NCBI GenBank assembly: GCA_964035545.1
Contig: OZ037767.1
Span: 15,965,292 to 16,029,291, forward strand
Direction of reading: 5' to 3'
Source of the DNA: Bugula neritina
Lineage: Eukaryota; Animalia; Bryozoa
DNA length: 64,000 nucleotides
The notes under the pieces were generated by a model that was not told where the DNA came from, searched no databases, and saw nothing but the letters and a program-made list of their open reading frames with translations. Numbering within the stretch: position 1 is the first letter of the stretch; each line of letters starts with the position of its first letter. Positions 32,001 to 56,619 of the stretch are shown piece after piece. Position numbers and translations under genes: made by a program.

Positions 32001-34702
32001 AACATTTGCGAGCATGATTTGATAACTCCCAGCTTCTTCAACTATTTTGTTCTAAATATAAACTCTTAACTAATTAGAAACACAGACTGAGCAAAGCATT
32101 ATATTTAGACACAAACCCTACTTGGTGGGGGGATTTTTTAGGCAACCAATCAGCTAGCGTGTAACACTGCAGGCAACCAATCAGCAAGAAGCAGCAGGTA
32201 GACAATACTCACTAATCGGGTCAACAATGTCCTTCTGTATAGTAGCAACAACTTCCTCTGAGCTGTCAGTTATTAAAGGGGCGGGGTTACTACCACCCGC
32301 TGTTGATTCAAAGCTGACAGAAGGAGTTCCACTAGCTTTCTTACGGTTCTTCAGTTTCTCCAAGAGACTTGAGTCTGAAATCATAACCAAATAAATGTAC
32401 CATTATACTACCAATACTAATATGTTATTAGTAGTAATAAAATACTACTAGTAATAAAATACTACTAATACTAATACATTACTAGTGCTAATATATTACT
32501 AGTAATAAAATACTACTAATACTAATATATTACTAGTAAAAAATACTACTAGGAATAAAATACTACTAATACTAATATGTTATTAGTAGTAATAAAATAC
32601 TACTAGTAATAAAATACTACTAATACTAATACATTACTAGTGCTAATATATTACTAGTAATAAAATACTACTAATACTAATATATTACTAGTAAAAAATA
32701 CTACTAGGAATAAAATACTACTAATACTAATATGTTATTAGTAGTAATAAAATACTACTAGTAATAAAATACTACTAATACTAATATGTTCCTAGTAATA
32801 AAATACTACAAGTAATGATATACTACTAGTAATACTATATTACTAGTGCTAACATACTACTAGAAAGTAGGAATGATCTACTACTAGTAATAACAGATGA
32901 CTAATACTAATAAATTAGATTCTCAAAAATCTTTGAATAAGATATGATTTTATTTGGTGCTCAAAATAATTTAGAAAAAAGCAAACTTTTTAGTACCCTT
33001 AAAAAGCTAACAAAAATCTCTATAAAAGAAATTGAGATGGTAATGTTTAAAGAAATCTATCCTAAAGTCATCATGTGTATTCCAGCAAGGCACAATCTAA
33101 ATACTTTTTAGTATACATGTGATTTTATGCTGCGTAGTCTATTAACAGATCATGTTTCTTCACTACAACTAAGCCTGACCTTCACTCTATACACAAGTGA
33201 ACTATAAAACACATACCAAACATGGCAGCCAGTTTCTTCTGTTGTTCAATGATCTCTTCATGAGACATGCTTGATATCTTTTCTTCATTTTCTTTAGAGA
33301 TTTCCATCATCATCTGTTGGAGGTCATTGGCTGTACTGACTGTGAGATGTTCAGCTGTGGACAGACTGGTGCTGGCTAGAAATCACAAGACACAATTAAT
33401 ACCACATACTTTAATTAGTTACCTCCTTGTGATATTCAAAGATGATACTCAAAGGTTTTCTGCCATTTAGCACTCTTGGAGTTATTAAAATTTATTGAAC
33501 CTCTCAGCACAAAGATTTGGGCATGGCAAAAATGCTTAAAAGACGCATTATGTGAAGCTAAATAATAATTTTTTAGAATTTTCTTTCTTGAACATTGTAA
33601 AATATATTTTAAAATGTACAAAGTCTTTTATTTTGGTTAGAATAAACAACACAAAAAGATCTGAGGGAGACAACTTTGAATAAACTTTGCACCTGCTGGT
33701 TTATTTATAGCTGTTTTAACTCCTTGTTTGTTCTTCAACATCATCTGCTGCATAAAAAGACTCTTTTTCTTTGGTCTGGTGGCTTTAGAATTGGGAGGGG
33801 GGTCTGCCGAGGCAGACAGTAGCTCAGGGGGTAGCCTGGGTGCCACAGGAAATCCTTGAGTAAACTTTGATGGGGGAGATACACTTCTCAAGAATGCAGA
33901 CACATTAGATTTCTCCTTCAATATAAACTCACCAATGACAACAGGAGTATAACTGAGAAGTAGAACAGTGCATGATTTAGCAAAGAGTTAAATGATTTTA
34001 TTAATGTTTTATGTTTATTTAAACTTTAGAATATGATTAAGAAAAGTGGATTTAAGATGTTGAAACTAGTAGAATAGTCTATAGGTTGACAAAATAACAA
34101 ATTTAGTTTCTAAATTTACAAAATATAATGAACTGTAAAACAGTCAGTAAAGTTATACACCAACTCAGTGTTGGTAGACCATCTCTATGCTCTGAGATTT
34201 GGAACACAGCAGATTCTAAAAGCTAAAATACACAAATAAAATGTTACATACCACAACTTGGCTCTGCATAACGTGAGTAGACACATCCATTGGTAGATCA
34301 CCTGTTAACAACACCTAATCATAATACAAATCACTAGAAGCTACTTAAACATAAGTTGTAGATTGAATAAAACTCAAAAACTTCATCACTTTGAGTATAG
34401 AAAAAACACAAAAATATGCACTTAGTTTTATTAACCAGCGCTAATTGTTTTAGTAGTTTACAAGTTAGCCTGATACCTTGTTCAGGTTGAGGTGTCACGC
34501 CCATTAGTTTGTCCTTGACCTCGTTTGTTTGACTGCTCACCTCTGGAGTTACGGGGGCTGGTTGAGGCCCATCCCCTACTCGACTAACTTTTGCCGAAGG
34601 AGCTCCACTAGCCTGCTTTAAAAACTCTTCTTGAAAAGCAAGAAGGTCATAGTCTTCTTCGCCTCTTTTAGGCCGTCTAACAAACATTTGGTTAGACTCC
34701 AT
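20011..34702 (-). CDS. RPAP1: RNA polymerase II-associated protein 1, ~23 coding exons
   Basis: N-terminus 'RRPKRGEEDYDLLAFQEEFL'; RPAP1_N-type 'EISKENEEKISSMSHEEIIEQQKKL...DSSLLEKLKNR' (33375-33217, 32374-32213); 'WLHMDQLEHEKLRWL'; RPAP1_C-type 'ARFDFNG...GLHHHGDEPETAGYTLEELYILVRS...QKVLAL' (31027-30824); 'LLLRYALD'; C-terminal 'FSDLYMAFLDHFEATSFGSSVFSQYVLLPM' and 'RNPVLYVAAVHHVNRFMF'. Last exon is 20172-20011. Some internal exon borders are approximate. Confidence 0.93.
23207..23281 (-). mobile_element. Short tRNA-like element (tRNA pseudogene or SINE head), copy 1, in an RPAP1 intron
   Basis: Minus strand: GTCCCCGTGGTGTAATCATGGTTAGCAC...CTTGCAAGCCGGAGGTCTCGGGTTCGAATCCCAGTGGGGGCA. It has A and B boxes, a pairable acceptor stem and D stem, and a degenerate anticodon arm, followed by aaatcatttt. 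Homologous to 52051-52123. Confidence 0.7.
23700..23840. repeat. Quasi-palindromic (tactagtaactagt)n low-complexity repeat
   Basis: Directly visible in an RPAP1 intron. Confidence 0.85.
25998..26083. repeat. (GTCA)n/(GTCG)n tetranucleotide microsatellite
   Basis: Directly visible. Confidence 0.95.
28714..29007. repeat. 15-bp minisatellite (taggtcagtagtata), ~19 copies, filling an RPAP1 intron
   Basis: Directly visible; begins within ~10 nt of the donor at ~29015. Confidence 0.95.
29800..30360. repeat. 18-bp minisatellite (agtgactcagtagagagt), ~31 copies, RPAP1 intron 8
   Basis: Directly visible; translates on the minus strand as (SHYSLL)n in ORF 29625..30467. Confidence 0.97.
31460..31672. 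repeat. 30-bp minisatellite (ccaatcagaagtcacatcacaagtgaatag), ~7 decaying copies, next to an RPAP1 acceptor
   Basis: Directly visible; most units carry CCAAT. Confidence 0.9.
32405..32910. repeat. Complex AT-rich (tactactagtaataaaa/tactaatat) repeat with a ~130-bp higher-order duplication
   Basis: Directly visible in RPAP1 intron 4. Confidence 0.9.
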
Positions 34703-36239
34703 TCCTCAATTTGACTACAAGAATTTAGTCACATATTATTTTAAACTTCATGCTTTAGTCTCATCTATTAAGAGAAGGCACCAAACTGCTTATTCTTATA
34801 CTCAGATTTATTGTCATGACCTGAAGGTGACCTTGAATAATGTGACATCATATTTTATGCTATACATACTTACAACTGAGTTGTGGCACTAATGCCACAA
34901 AATCAAATTTTCAATTGAACGAAGCCAACAGTAATATATACAATTATTATGAGCAACTCGGTAATAAATTTCAATAAATATATTTACAATAATTCAAATT
35001 GTATTGGGTATCAAAATAAAGAAACAAAATTGTGGTAAAGATATATATAAATGATATTGATGAGTCAAACTTAACATCAATATGAATAGTAAATTCGTTC
35101 CCAATCACCACTGTAACTATCAATATTAATATTTCCATGTATTGAGCTGTACTCATCGTTGCAAAATCACCATAGGCTAATTTTATGCATATATTAGGTT
35201 GAATTATCAAGTGATTTGCCTGTCCCACCTATTATACTCATACTGATACTGTCTAACTCTATCTGTTTAACCTCATGAGAATGATACACAGCCAAGCCTT
35301 GGAAGTTATTATTCTGATTTTGCCAATTTGTCAAAATGCATTTCTACTAGTCAGTTACACTTGCTATTAGTGCTACTAATTATTATCACTAAAACTAAAT
35401 TTAATAACTAATTACTATTAATATTAGTAATAGTAATTATACTCATCAGAGTAAAGTCACATTAATATATTTAATATTTTAAGTTTATATTACATTTATA
35501 TTTTAGTTAAACTAGTTTTATTTTGACTTATTATAGCTATTACTGTAATTTATTAACTATAAGTACGGCAGCACCTACTACTCAATAGGTTAAGTTTAGG
35601 TGTAATCTTTATCTTACCGGTACTGTTAGTGTTAAATTACTGTTAATTCTTCAACAAAATAATTATTCAGGGATACAGCAAATATGCTGCATTAACTAGT
35701 ACTACTAATATTACTAATAAAACTTGAAGTCAATCACTTAAACCTAAAGACTAAAGTCAGTCCAAAACTTAGAGAGTTTTAGTTTAACTTCAAGTTATTG
35801 TTACTGTTAGGCAGTAACCTCTTGGCTCTTACCTCTTCCGTAAACTGGAAAGTGTCAACTAAAGTTAAAAATGACCACAATCAACGATCATAATCATAAT
35901 AATAATCATAATGATCTAATCATTATAATTATCATAATCATAATGATCATGCTACTGATAATCTAAAGCTAAAAGTAAATCATAATCTTAAACTGAGTTA
36001 AAGTTAATGAAAATCGTAATGATATTTTATTATTATACTTCCTTTCAAAGTTATACATGTTAAAGTCTTATATTTATTTTCAGACTTATGCTTACAGTTG
36101 AGCTATATATACAATCGTATCTAGTTCTATGCTGTTGCAAATACTTCAGACACACTTATATTTGCTAATATTATAATATTAATGTAATATTTATAATTAT
36201 TCAGATGAACATAAACATGAGTTGTGAGCTAAATGAGAA

Positions 36240-36745
36240 AGGAAATTGCAAATATTGCGTATTAATAGAATCGCGATAGTAGCGAATAGAGAAGTAATAT
36301 TTTAATTATTGTCTCTACGAATCCAACAAATTCAACATTCCAACACTCTAATAACTTTTGTATTTATATTCATAAATACCTCAATATACCAAAATTGTTA
36401 TATTGTATTTTCAACAAACTTTTATAACCAATTTTTTTTAAATTATAATATTATAACATTTCTATAATATTTTAGTGTTTGCAATTTAGGTGTTATTGGG
36501 GAGCCACGCCTACTAAAACCTTTTAGCCTGTGCTTTCAGAAAGTTGCTAAAACTAGAACTCGGATAATAATAACTTTATCAAATAAGTTTTCCCGGATTT
36601 TGCGAGCTTGAACTTTTTCTTGCAAGCCGTGGCACGAGTCCACAGTCCAACACCTTACATGCTCAGGCCCACACCAAAACTAAAGGTAACAGTTTGAGTT
36701 ACTGAAACCTAGGAGTAGGAGATTTTATTGATTCTTCTTGCTACA
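36240..36745. promoter_or_regulatory. Probable shared/bidirectional promoter region of RPAP1 and MTHFD1
   Basis: Genes are head-to-head, with start codons 2.0 kb apart. Local CpG-containing motifs include TCGCGA at ~36271 and a GC-box-like GCCACGCC at ~36503. An acceptor just upstream of the RPAP1 ATG implies a 5' UTR exon nearer this region. Confidence 0.45.
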
Positions 36746-49051
<12,306 letters not shown>

Positions 49052-50124
49052 ACGCCCATCTTATAGATGACTGCTTCATTGAACTACGCCATTCTAATTC
49101 TCATACACTTTTGTTATCAGTAAGAGTAGAAATACTAGTTTCTTCATCATTTCTTTTGATTAAATAATTAAGGCCATATTACAAGCAGTTGTTTTTAAAT
49201 TTTATACATTTGATTCACTTTGAGAACTAGCTTTAACAATTTCTAATTTTATATCATCAACAATTAATATGTTATGTGCCTAGTCAACTTGTTGAAATAT
49301 ATTCTGTTATATCTGTTCAATTTTTTGTTTCATAAACTATAGAGGTATGGTCTGGTCATGTGACCACCTACACTGGACAGTTCAACTCTCAGCCGGTGAT
49401 GATTATACTAACTAAATGATGCATAGCCCTAGTCAGAGCACACAACTCCTATTTTACTTCCTTGCTAAAATGTTGTATAGAAAACTTGATGTTTTATAAC
49501 CTTCAGATTATGTGAGACTATATATACTAAAATTATTAAAACTTATGCCAAGATATGCACATATAAAATTTATAGCTTTACTACAAATGATAGGTTAGCA
49601 AAGATTAGTACGAAAATTTGAAATTTTTAAGCAAGAAACTGCTGCATTTCAGTTACCTGTTCTCTACTATAAATGTGAATTCAGCTCCCCTATATTTTCC
49701 CTTCCTCAAAGACTGCTACAGTTTATCATTCTTTTAAATCCCAGAGCCTGTAATGGCTGATGTGAAAACTGCTACACTTCAATCAAATCGTCTTCTCGTC
49801 AGTTTTTCCTCTTTTCCCTTGGTATGTTCGATTGATATATTGTCAGCCGAACGACCTTGAAAGTTCATGGCTTAACAAAGAAGCTTGTGGTGAATTGGAA
49901 ACTTATTTTTATTTTGACCAAAATTCAGTGGATGTACACCTTAAAATTTTTTCACTGAAAGTTATTCTACATTAGCAAATGAATATTGGTCAGAAAATGA
50001 CTCATTAATTGGCTCCAACTGTCTCATCTTCTGAACAGTACCTTTTTATCGTACATTACTTTTAGTACACAGTCTGGCTGTTACTGTGTCCCGTAATTAT
50101 CCAAATATTAGTTCTTAGGCTAGG

Positions 50125-53100
50125 TTATCGCATCATATAAGCTTGGGATCCTGGGATAGCGGACATTCCCGGATGAATTCTCATGTTTTGTTGGGAGAGC
50201 ATGGAGTTCCGGAACATACCTATCAACATGTGCTGTGATAGTTTATTTCATCGTAAGTTATAAGAGCCTGTTTTATGGATCAGACTCACGATCCCAAAAC
50301 AGATGGAAAAATGAGACTGTTTTGGGCTAAGAGATGCTCTGATCGAATTCAGTGCTTACAGAAGTTTAGTAATACAATTAATTTGAATCTGCACATTGCC
50401 ATATGTGGTTTTAAAGATAGTTCAAACTTGCATTTCTCAGAATTTCTGATTTACTACTCTCACTCAAATTATTCTTGCTTTGACACCAATTGTAGTTAAT
50501 AACCAAGTAAGTTTTTTAATTCTAGGTATTACTGAATTAAATTAAAATTAATAATGCAGCAAATAATTGACTAAATACTCTGAGCAACTGTTCAACTCAA
50601 TAGTCACCAGTTAATTAGATAGTCACTGACTCAGTCATTGAAAGCATTTAGGAGCAGTAGGGAAGAAATTGAGATAGCCCAAGTTCTTAAATTTTATTAA
50701 AATTTGGTTTGGGGCACGAGTTTAAATTTTCGCGATAACGTAACTTCTTATGCTACATTTCTAATCTGAAACGCAGGCTTTTCTCAATTTCTCCATTACT
50801 GCACCTACCTCATAAAAAGGCTACTAAATGACTCATGGAGGAGTCATCGAATGAGTCACACTTACTTGCTTGAGGCTGCATCTGTCCAGTCATGGAGAAT
50901 GCCGCCATGGAGCCTACGTTTTGCATACCAGCCAGTATCGTGTCTCTCTCCGCCTTCAGAGCAACAGCTTGTTCCTCCTTTAACGCCTCCTCCTTCGAAA
51001 CCACAGAAATGTCGCAGGTGAGAATGCACGAGGAAAACAGACACAGCACCTGAAAAAGACCAAAAAATGCATCAGCAAATTTTACAAGCAGTTAGTTGTG
51101 GAGATATTCTAAAATGCACTAAACTCTGAAATCAACTGCAAGTTGGTTATTTTGCTAAAGTTTGGCAGTTTCTGTTGTTATTTGGGTGTTGGATGAGGTA
51201 TCGCTAAAGTTGTCCGCTCACCTCAAATACCACGACTGCGATGGTTATTCCTATCAGAAGTTTGAAGAGAGACCTGTATATTTCTTCTTGGAAGTTTGCA
51301 AAGCATCCCTAAACACAAGTCTCAAATGTTAATATATAATTTAAAACATCAAAGTAAATTTTGTACATGTTGTTAAACAAAAGTATTTCAATTTAAGGTT
51401 TTATAGTAAAAACAAATTGAATCATCAAATGGAAGCTAAAACTTTAGAATGAAAAAAAGAAAGTTTTTATTAGTTTTGTTATGTTCTGTTTGTTATAGTA
51501 TAGAGAAGCAATCACCTGATTGGTCCAGGCAGAGTTGGGGTCTGGAATATCGTATTCTAAGCATGTCTGCTGCTGCCAATATGGCTGAAAAGTGCTTTTG
51601 ATTTGGGCCAGTGTGAGATTTTTGTTTGACTCAATAGAGAGAATGGTTTTCCAGGAGAGGGTCTTTCCTGTCTTGAACTTGCAGCAAAATGGAGGAATCG
51701 CAATCTGTACAGTAGCTCCACCCTCAACTTTGTATGTTGATTTCCAAGCAGTGAAAGAGTTCTTATAATCGGATGCTCCAATCACGCCGCAACATTTGTA
51801 CTAAAACAAATGTTCCACAGTTTTGTTAGTACAAAGCAGTAGTCGCAGCACAATCATGTCTCAGATTGTTCAATGTAAGATTGAAAAACGTGCCATTTTG
51901 TTAATTATATAAATACAATTAAGTAGTCTAAAAATAACTTGCATAAAGTTTAGGACCTTTTTAAAATTTCAAGTATTTCAGAAAACAAATTTGTACACTC
52001 AGTTGTTACATTACATGAACTTTTTCATTTTTTAAATTGAAAAATAATTTTGCCCTCACTGGGATTCGAACCACAGACCTCCGGCTTGCAAACAGACGAG
52101 CTAACTAATTACGCTACAGGGACTTCAGGATTCCTAACAATACTATTCACAGGTATGCTGTACCTGCATCTGAATGTAATCGAAGGCAGCAGTCAGTCCC
52201 TTCCCTGTACCTTGACCAAACTCGTAGTTATCAGCCAACACGTAGTCTTTCAGATACTCAGATATAGTTGAGTCAATCTAACAAACAAATAAAATAAATT
52301 AATAATAATAAATAATGTAAACAAATAAAATAAATTAATAATAATAAATAATGTAAACAAATAAACTAAATTAATAAAAATTAATCGTCTTATTGTGATA
52401 AAATATATAATAGTTTACATATTTTATAAAACAATGAGATATATTATATTTTCATGTCGTCATCATCTATTGACATGGTTCTACTTAGACTTATATTATT
52501 TAATTGATAACGAAACATTAACACATTGCGCCTAAATGTTATTGAAACAATATATTGGAAGTAATAAATACCCTGGCTTTAAATGTTCCAAACAATGCCA
52601 GGGCGGTTGACTCTGCAAGAATTAGTATCACCAGAAACACCATGTACTAAAATAAAAGACAACTTATATAGTTGGTATTTTTAGATAAAATTCAACAATA
52701 GTTCAATAATCATTAAAACAAAGGGTTAATTTTGTTTTAAAAAAGTTTTTTAGCTACATATGACCAAAATGGATAAAATAATTTAAGAAATTGAAATATG
52801 AAAGGTTCTGTTTATAAATAGCAAAATATTTTGCTGCCTATACCCATTAAATGGCAGTATTTTATCAATGAGACTTAAATTTTTATTACAGCATATTATT
52901 TTGATTAGAATCTGAAGCTCAGCTAACACTGCTATAGTCTGTATTCATTTTTCTCACCAATATGGCATAAAAATAAAACATAATGAGATACTTTATATAA
53001 TAATATGAGATAATTCACCCAACAAGTCAAAACCCCAATTAAAATACAAAACATAGATGAGGATACAACAATCTTCATCAACATAGTTTAGGGTCATTAA

Positions 53101-54975
53101 TATATTTAATTAAAATATCAATGCAATGTTTTTATTCTATATAAACAAACCACAAACATCACTACCTACTTTAATTCAATAAAATCCACCTGTATATAAA
53201 TTGTTTTATCGACATTTAATATAGAATTTTCTGATTCTTTTAACTTTGCAAGTAATTTTTATAATGCAGGTGCTAATCAAGCTAAAATCTACTAGTGATG
53301 CCCGTATTGACATGAGCACCTTCACAGAACTAAGGCTTTAACAGCCTAAGGTTCTTATTGCATCAGTTCTTGAAATTTACTCTAATTTTAAGGAGCGTCC
53401 CCACAAAAACAGTTCAACTTCTCATAAAACTTTAGACTAAAAACAAGAAAAGAAGTGAAGCCTTAGGACTTATAACTTACTCCGGTAAGACAGCTAGAGT
53501 TCCTCTGCACGGCCCCACAGAACCCGACCAGAGACACAATTGTGATGCCAACTCCAGTTGCTATCAGGATGATACACACAGCAACAATGAACTGTGCGTT
53601 GCTCGCATCTAGTAAGTCTTTAACGTCCTCTGAGGTGGCGCCATCAATGTATGTGGCTATGAACTTTAAAACGTTATTGGGGTTAATGTAGTAAGCCCCA
53701 AACGAAATGGCAACTATTCCAAACACCTGTAAATAATTAAACTATAATTATGGTTTATTCTCAAAATACTGTATAGTTGCTTTAGGCAGTAGTAAAACAA
53801 GTTAAATCCTTTAGAATTTAAAGATGTCAATACTTATAAAAGAAATTGCATGTTACAAGTATAAAATATATTAAAATGTGACAAATGGTTTTTAAACAAG
53901 TTCAAAAACCTGTTTTAAAATTACTAAACTGTAGCATATTATATTGACTAGAGTTGCTTTCCCATGCTATAAAAACTCGCGCAAGTTTATAGTCGCTATC
54001 CCTGTGAGAAACTCCCGGTGGAAAGGGTTTTTGTTAAAGAGGGCTAAGGACTTACTTAAATGGGGCACAGGAGAAATTATGACTGGACGCTCTTCCTAAC
54101 ATCACCAATGGCCGTTGTCCGGGCTCGAACTCGTGACTTTGTGTTTACTAGGCAAACGCTCTAACTCCTCTAACCCTTCTAACCCCAAGGATGCATGCAA
54201 ATTATCAGCAAATTATAACCTTTAGCTTCAGGATTTTTAAGCTTCTTCAACTACACAACATTTTTACCAACTTTTTGCCATGAAATTTTGAAAAGTTGAT
54301 TTTTTATAAAGTTTGCATATAAAAAACTACTTTGTTTGTGTAAAAGTAACAGATATTTTACTATTTAAGTGTGTTGTAGCCTTATAAATTGGTACACTAA
54401 AACTAGTTACACACTTGGTGTGTTTTAGAGTGAGGTTTAGAGGCAGTCATTTGAAAAGCTGTGCAATTGTTACCTCTAAAAACTTTTGTGTTGAAGACTA
54501 GAAAAAATTGCCCGCACTTTAAAACAGCTGACCGCACATATTATTTAATAGATTGAGCCTAATAAACTCCATAAAACCAATTAGAATGAACTTTATTTCA
54601 TCAGCTACATGAACCATATGGTTTAAAAAAAATATCTCGGAAAGCTAACCCCCTTTTTTCCTTGATCTTAATAGTCTAACAAATATATATATAATAAATT
54701 AGTTGAAGGAATGAGTCATCTAGGATTATTTTAGATGTGGTTCTTTGCTTTGTTTCTGAATGGAAGCTGAAGGAGCAAGGTTAATATAACTCAGTAAATA
54801 TAAACAAGTATTATAATCTTTCAGCTGCTCTTAATAAAATACGATGCAAATCTATACAATTATACTGTTAGATGTTTCATATACTACTCACCACAAATAC
54901 TATATTTCCTACACACAGTTTCAAGATGGCCACTTTGCTAGGGTTAGACAACTCCTCAAGTTTTATGACTCCCAT
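50125..54975 (-). CDS. Tetraspanin-family protein with enlarged loops and long C-terminal tail, 8 exons, ~389 aa
   Basis: Exons 54975-54892, 53726-53481, 52646-52572, 52277-52164, 51800-51516, 51308-51222, 51049-50866 and 50219-50125 (1170 nt, in phase). TM1 has 'GNIVFVVFG', followed by 'SLVGFCGAVQRNSSCLTGY' and TM3 with a polar E. EC2 has 'FDYIQMQYKCCG', 'IPPFCC' and a final 'GC' before TM4. Confidence 0.87.
50651..50805. mobile_element. MITE family B, copy 2, TA-flanked (Tc1/mariner-like signature)
   Basis: TA|ggagcagtagggaagaaattgaga...tctcaatttctccattactgcacc|TA. Homologous to 11884-12045. Confidence 0.78.
52051..52123 (-). mobile_element. Short tRNA-like element, copy 2, in tetraspanin intron 4
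   Basis: GTCCCTGTAGCGTAATTAGTTAGCTC...TTTGCAAGCCGGAGGTCTGTGGTTCGAATCCCAGTGAGGGCA followed by aaattattttt. Homologous to 23207-23281. Confidence 0.7.
53291..53320 (-). mobile_element. Possible Helitron-type 3' end remnant
   Basis: Minus strand gctcatgtcaatacgggcatcaCTAGt: an imperfect GC-rich hairpin followed by CTAG|T. A similar decayed hairpin (ctcgtg...cacggg) lies at ~62209-62230. Confidence 0.3.
53972..54170 (-). mobile_element. tRNA-headed SINE family C, copy 1
   Basis: B-box GAGTTCGAGCCC on the minus strand. Body and tail (aaactc.cgcaagtttatagt.gctatccctgtgagaaac...ggaaagggtttttgtta...gggctaaggac) are shared with 59757-59930. Confidence 0.75.
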
Positions 54976-55356
54976 TTTATGGCAGTATGTCTTCTCTTCT
55001 ACAGGAAATCACAAATTCTAGAACAAAGTTGAAGCATCTTCCATAAACAATTGAGGAAATAATATTAGCCAATATGTAAATAAATGTCAACAATCATGTT
55101 TATAACAATGGAGTCGTTACTAAAAGTAAATTCCACTGTTAGATGTAGCACTAATTTGGAATATTATAGCAAATTGTTGATGTAATAACTCCATCTTTAT
55201 AATATTATTGAATAAGGTGTGAGTTCGACCCAACTTTTTTGTTTTGGTCACACCTACAGATATAATTTGCTCACGTCATTACTTTGTATTTTGCATTATA
55301 CTTGTATAAATGATGTCATTTTATATTTCATGCGACATGTTTGGTGCCGGATAAGA

Positions 55357-55404
55357 TGTGTGCGTGTGTGCGTGTGTGCGTGTGTGCGTGTGTGCGTGTG
55401 TGCG

Positions 55405-55498
<94 letters not shown>
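55357..55498. repeat. (GTGTGCGT)n-(GT)n microsatellite between the tetraspanin and Lmx genes
   Basis: Directly visible. Confidence 0.97.
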
Positions 55499-55502
<4 letters not shown>

Positions 55503-56619
55503 ATCACATCTCTTTTAGAGCTGTCAAATTTTATTAAACTAAGAATAATAAACTAGGCTTATCTTCATGTTAAAATATGTTATAAATACAGTCAATTAGG
55601 ACATCTCCCAAATTTAGAAAAGCATGGCTACTGGTTCACTATAAACAGTGTTTTTTACCTTTTATTAGAAGCATATTAAGTTGTTGCTGATAATACTATA
55701 GAAACATATTTATGTGTCTACACATGTGATCTAGATAGAGCTGTAGAAATAAGATTTGTGTAACAACGACAAAGCAGCCAATAGTTTTACTGGTAATAGT
55801 ACCTTGATGTTATGTAATGCTATGTCCTAGATATGATATCTAAAACATCAACATCATATGTTTTGAATCAAATACACTTATTGCATTCTAATTATTTTAA
55901 TAATTAAGCAAGTAAGTTGTATGAATCACAAATTTTTTTCAGTTGGTGATTGCCTACAGTATATGAGAGAAGTTGTAAAGTTATCTGGTTTAAGATGCCT
56001 TCTTTTGTCTTCAAGCGGAGTTGGTCTTAAATCAAGCAGTTTTAACCTACATACGTTAGGTAAAATAGCAGACGAAATATATTCACATATGTAATTATCC
56101 AAATGACTAATCAGTTTCATTATTCATTTCACACTTTGATAGGTGGGAAAATAGGAGACTCGGGGACAATTATATTCCATCTCTTGCTGGCTATGATGTC
56201 ATAACTTCTTGTGGAAGTGTTAACTAACGTGTCATCGATTCCGCAGACGGCATGATTTGCCACTTGGTGATAGGACAGCAGCTGCCAGTGTTCAACTTGA
56301 GTAAGTTTATCGTGTTGTTCAGACCCTTAAAGCTAAGATAACCGTGTTTAGATTGTTGCCATAAAGTGTACATATACGCTACTGTATGCTATGCTCCATG
56401 CTTGTAAAGGAAATCTCATGTATTTACTCTAGCAAGACACTGAAAGAGATAAATATTCTAAACACTGCTATCTTGGCTGATGGCAACAATACCTTGATAT
56501 AACCAACTCGCTTATTCTCAAACTGCATAAGTCAAAGGGATGCTAGACGCGATAGCAACATATCCTCTTGAGCTGCATTTCAACCAATCCGTAAAACCGA
56601 TTTTCCTTTTTTTTAAAGC

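Noticed and set aside
36659-36697. Upstream ATG (MLRPTPKLKVTV*) as a mitochondrial presequence for MTHFD1
   Set aside because: It terminates before the main ATG, and its internal donor is phase 0 while exon 2 needs phase 2; at most a uORF.
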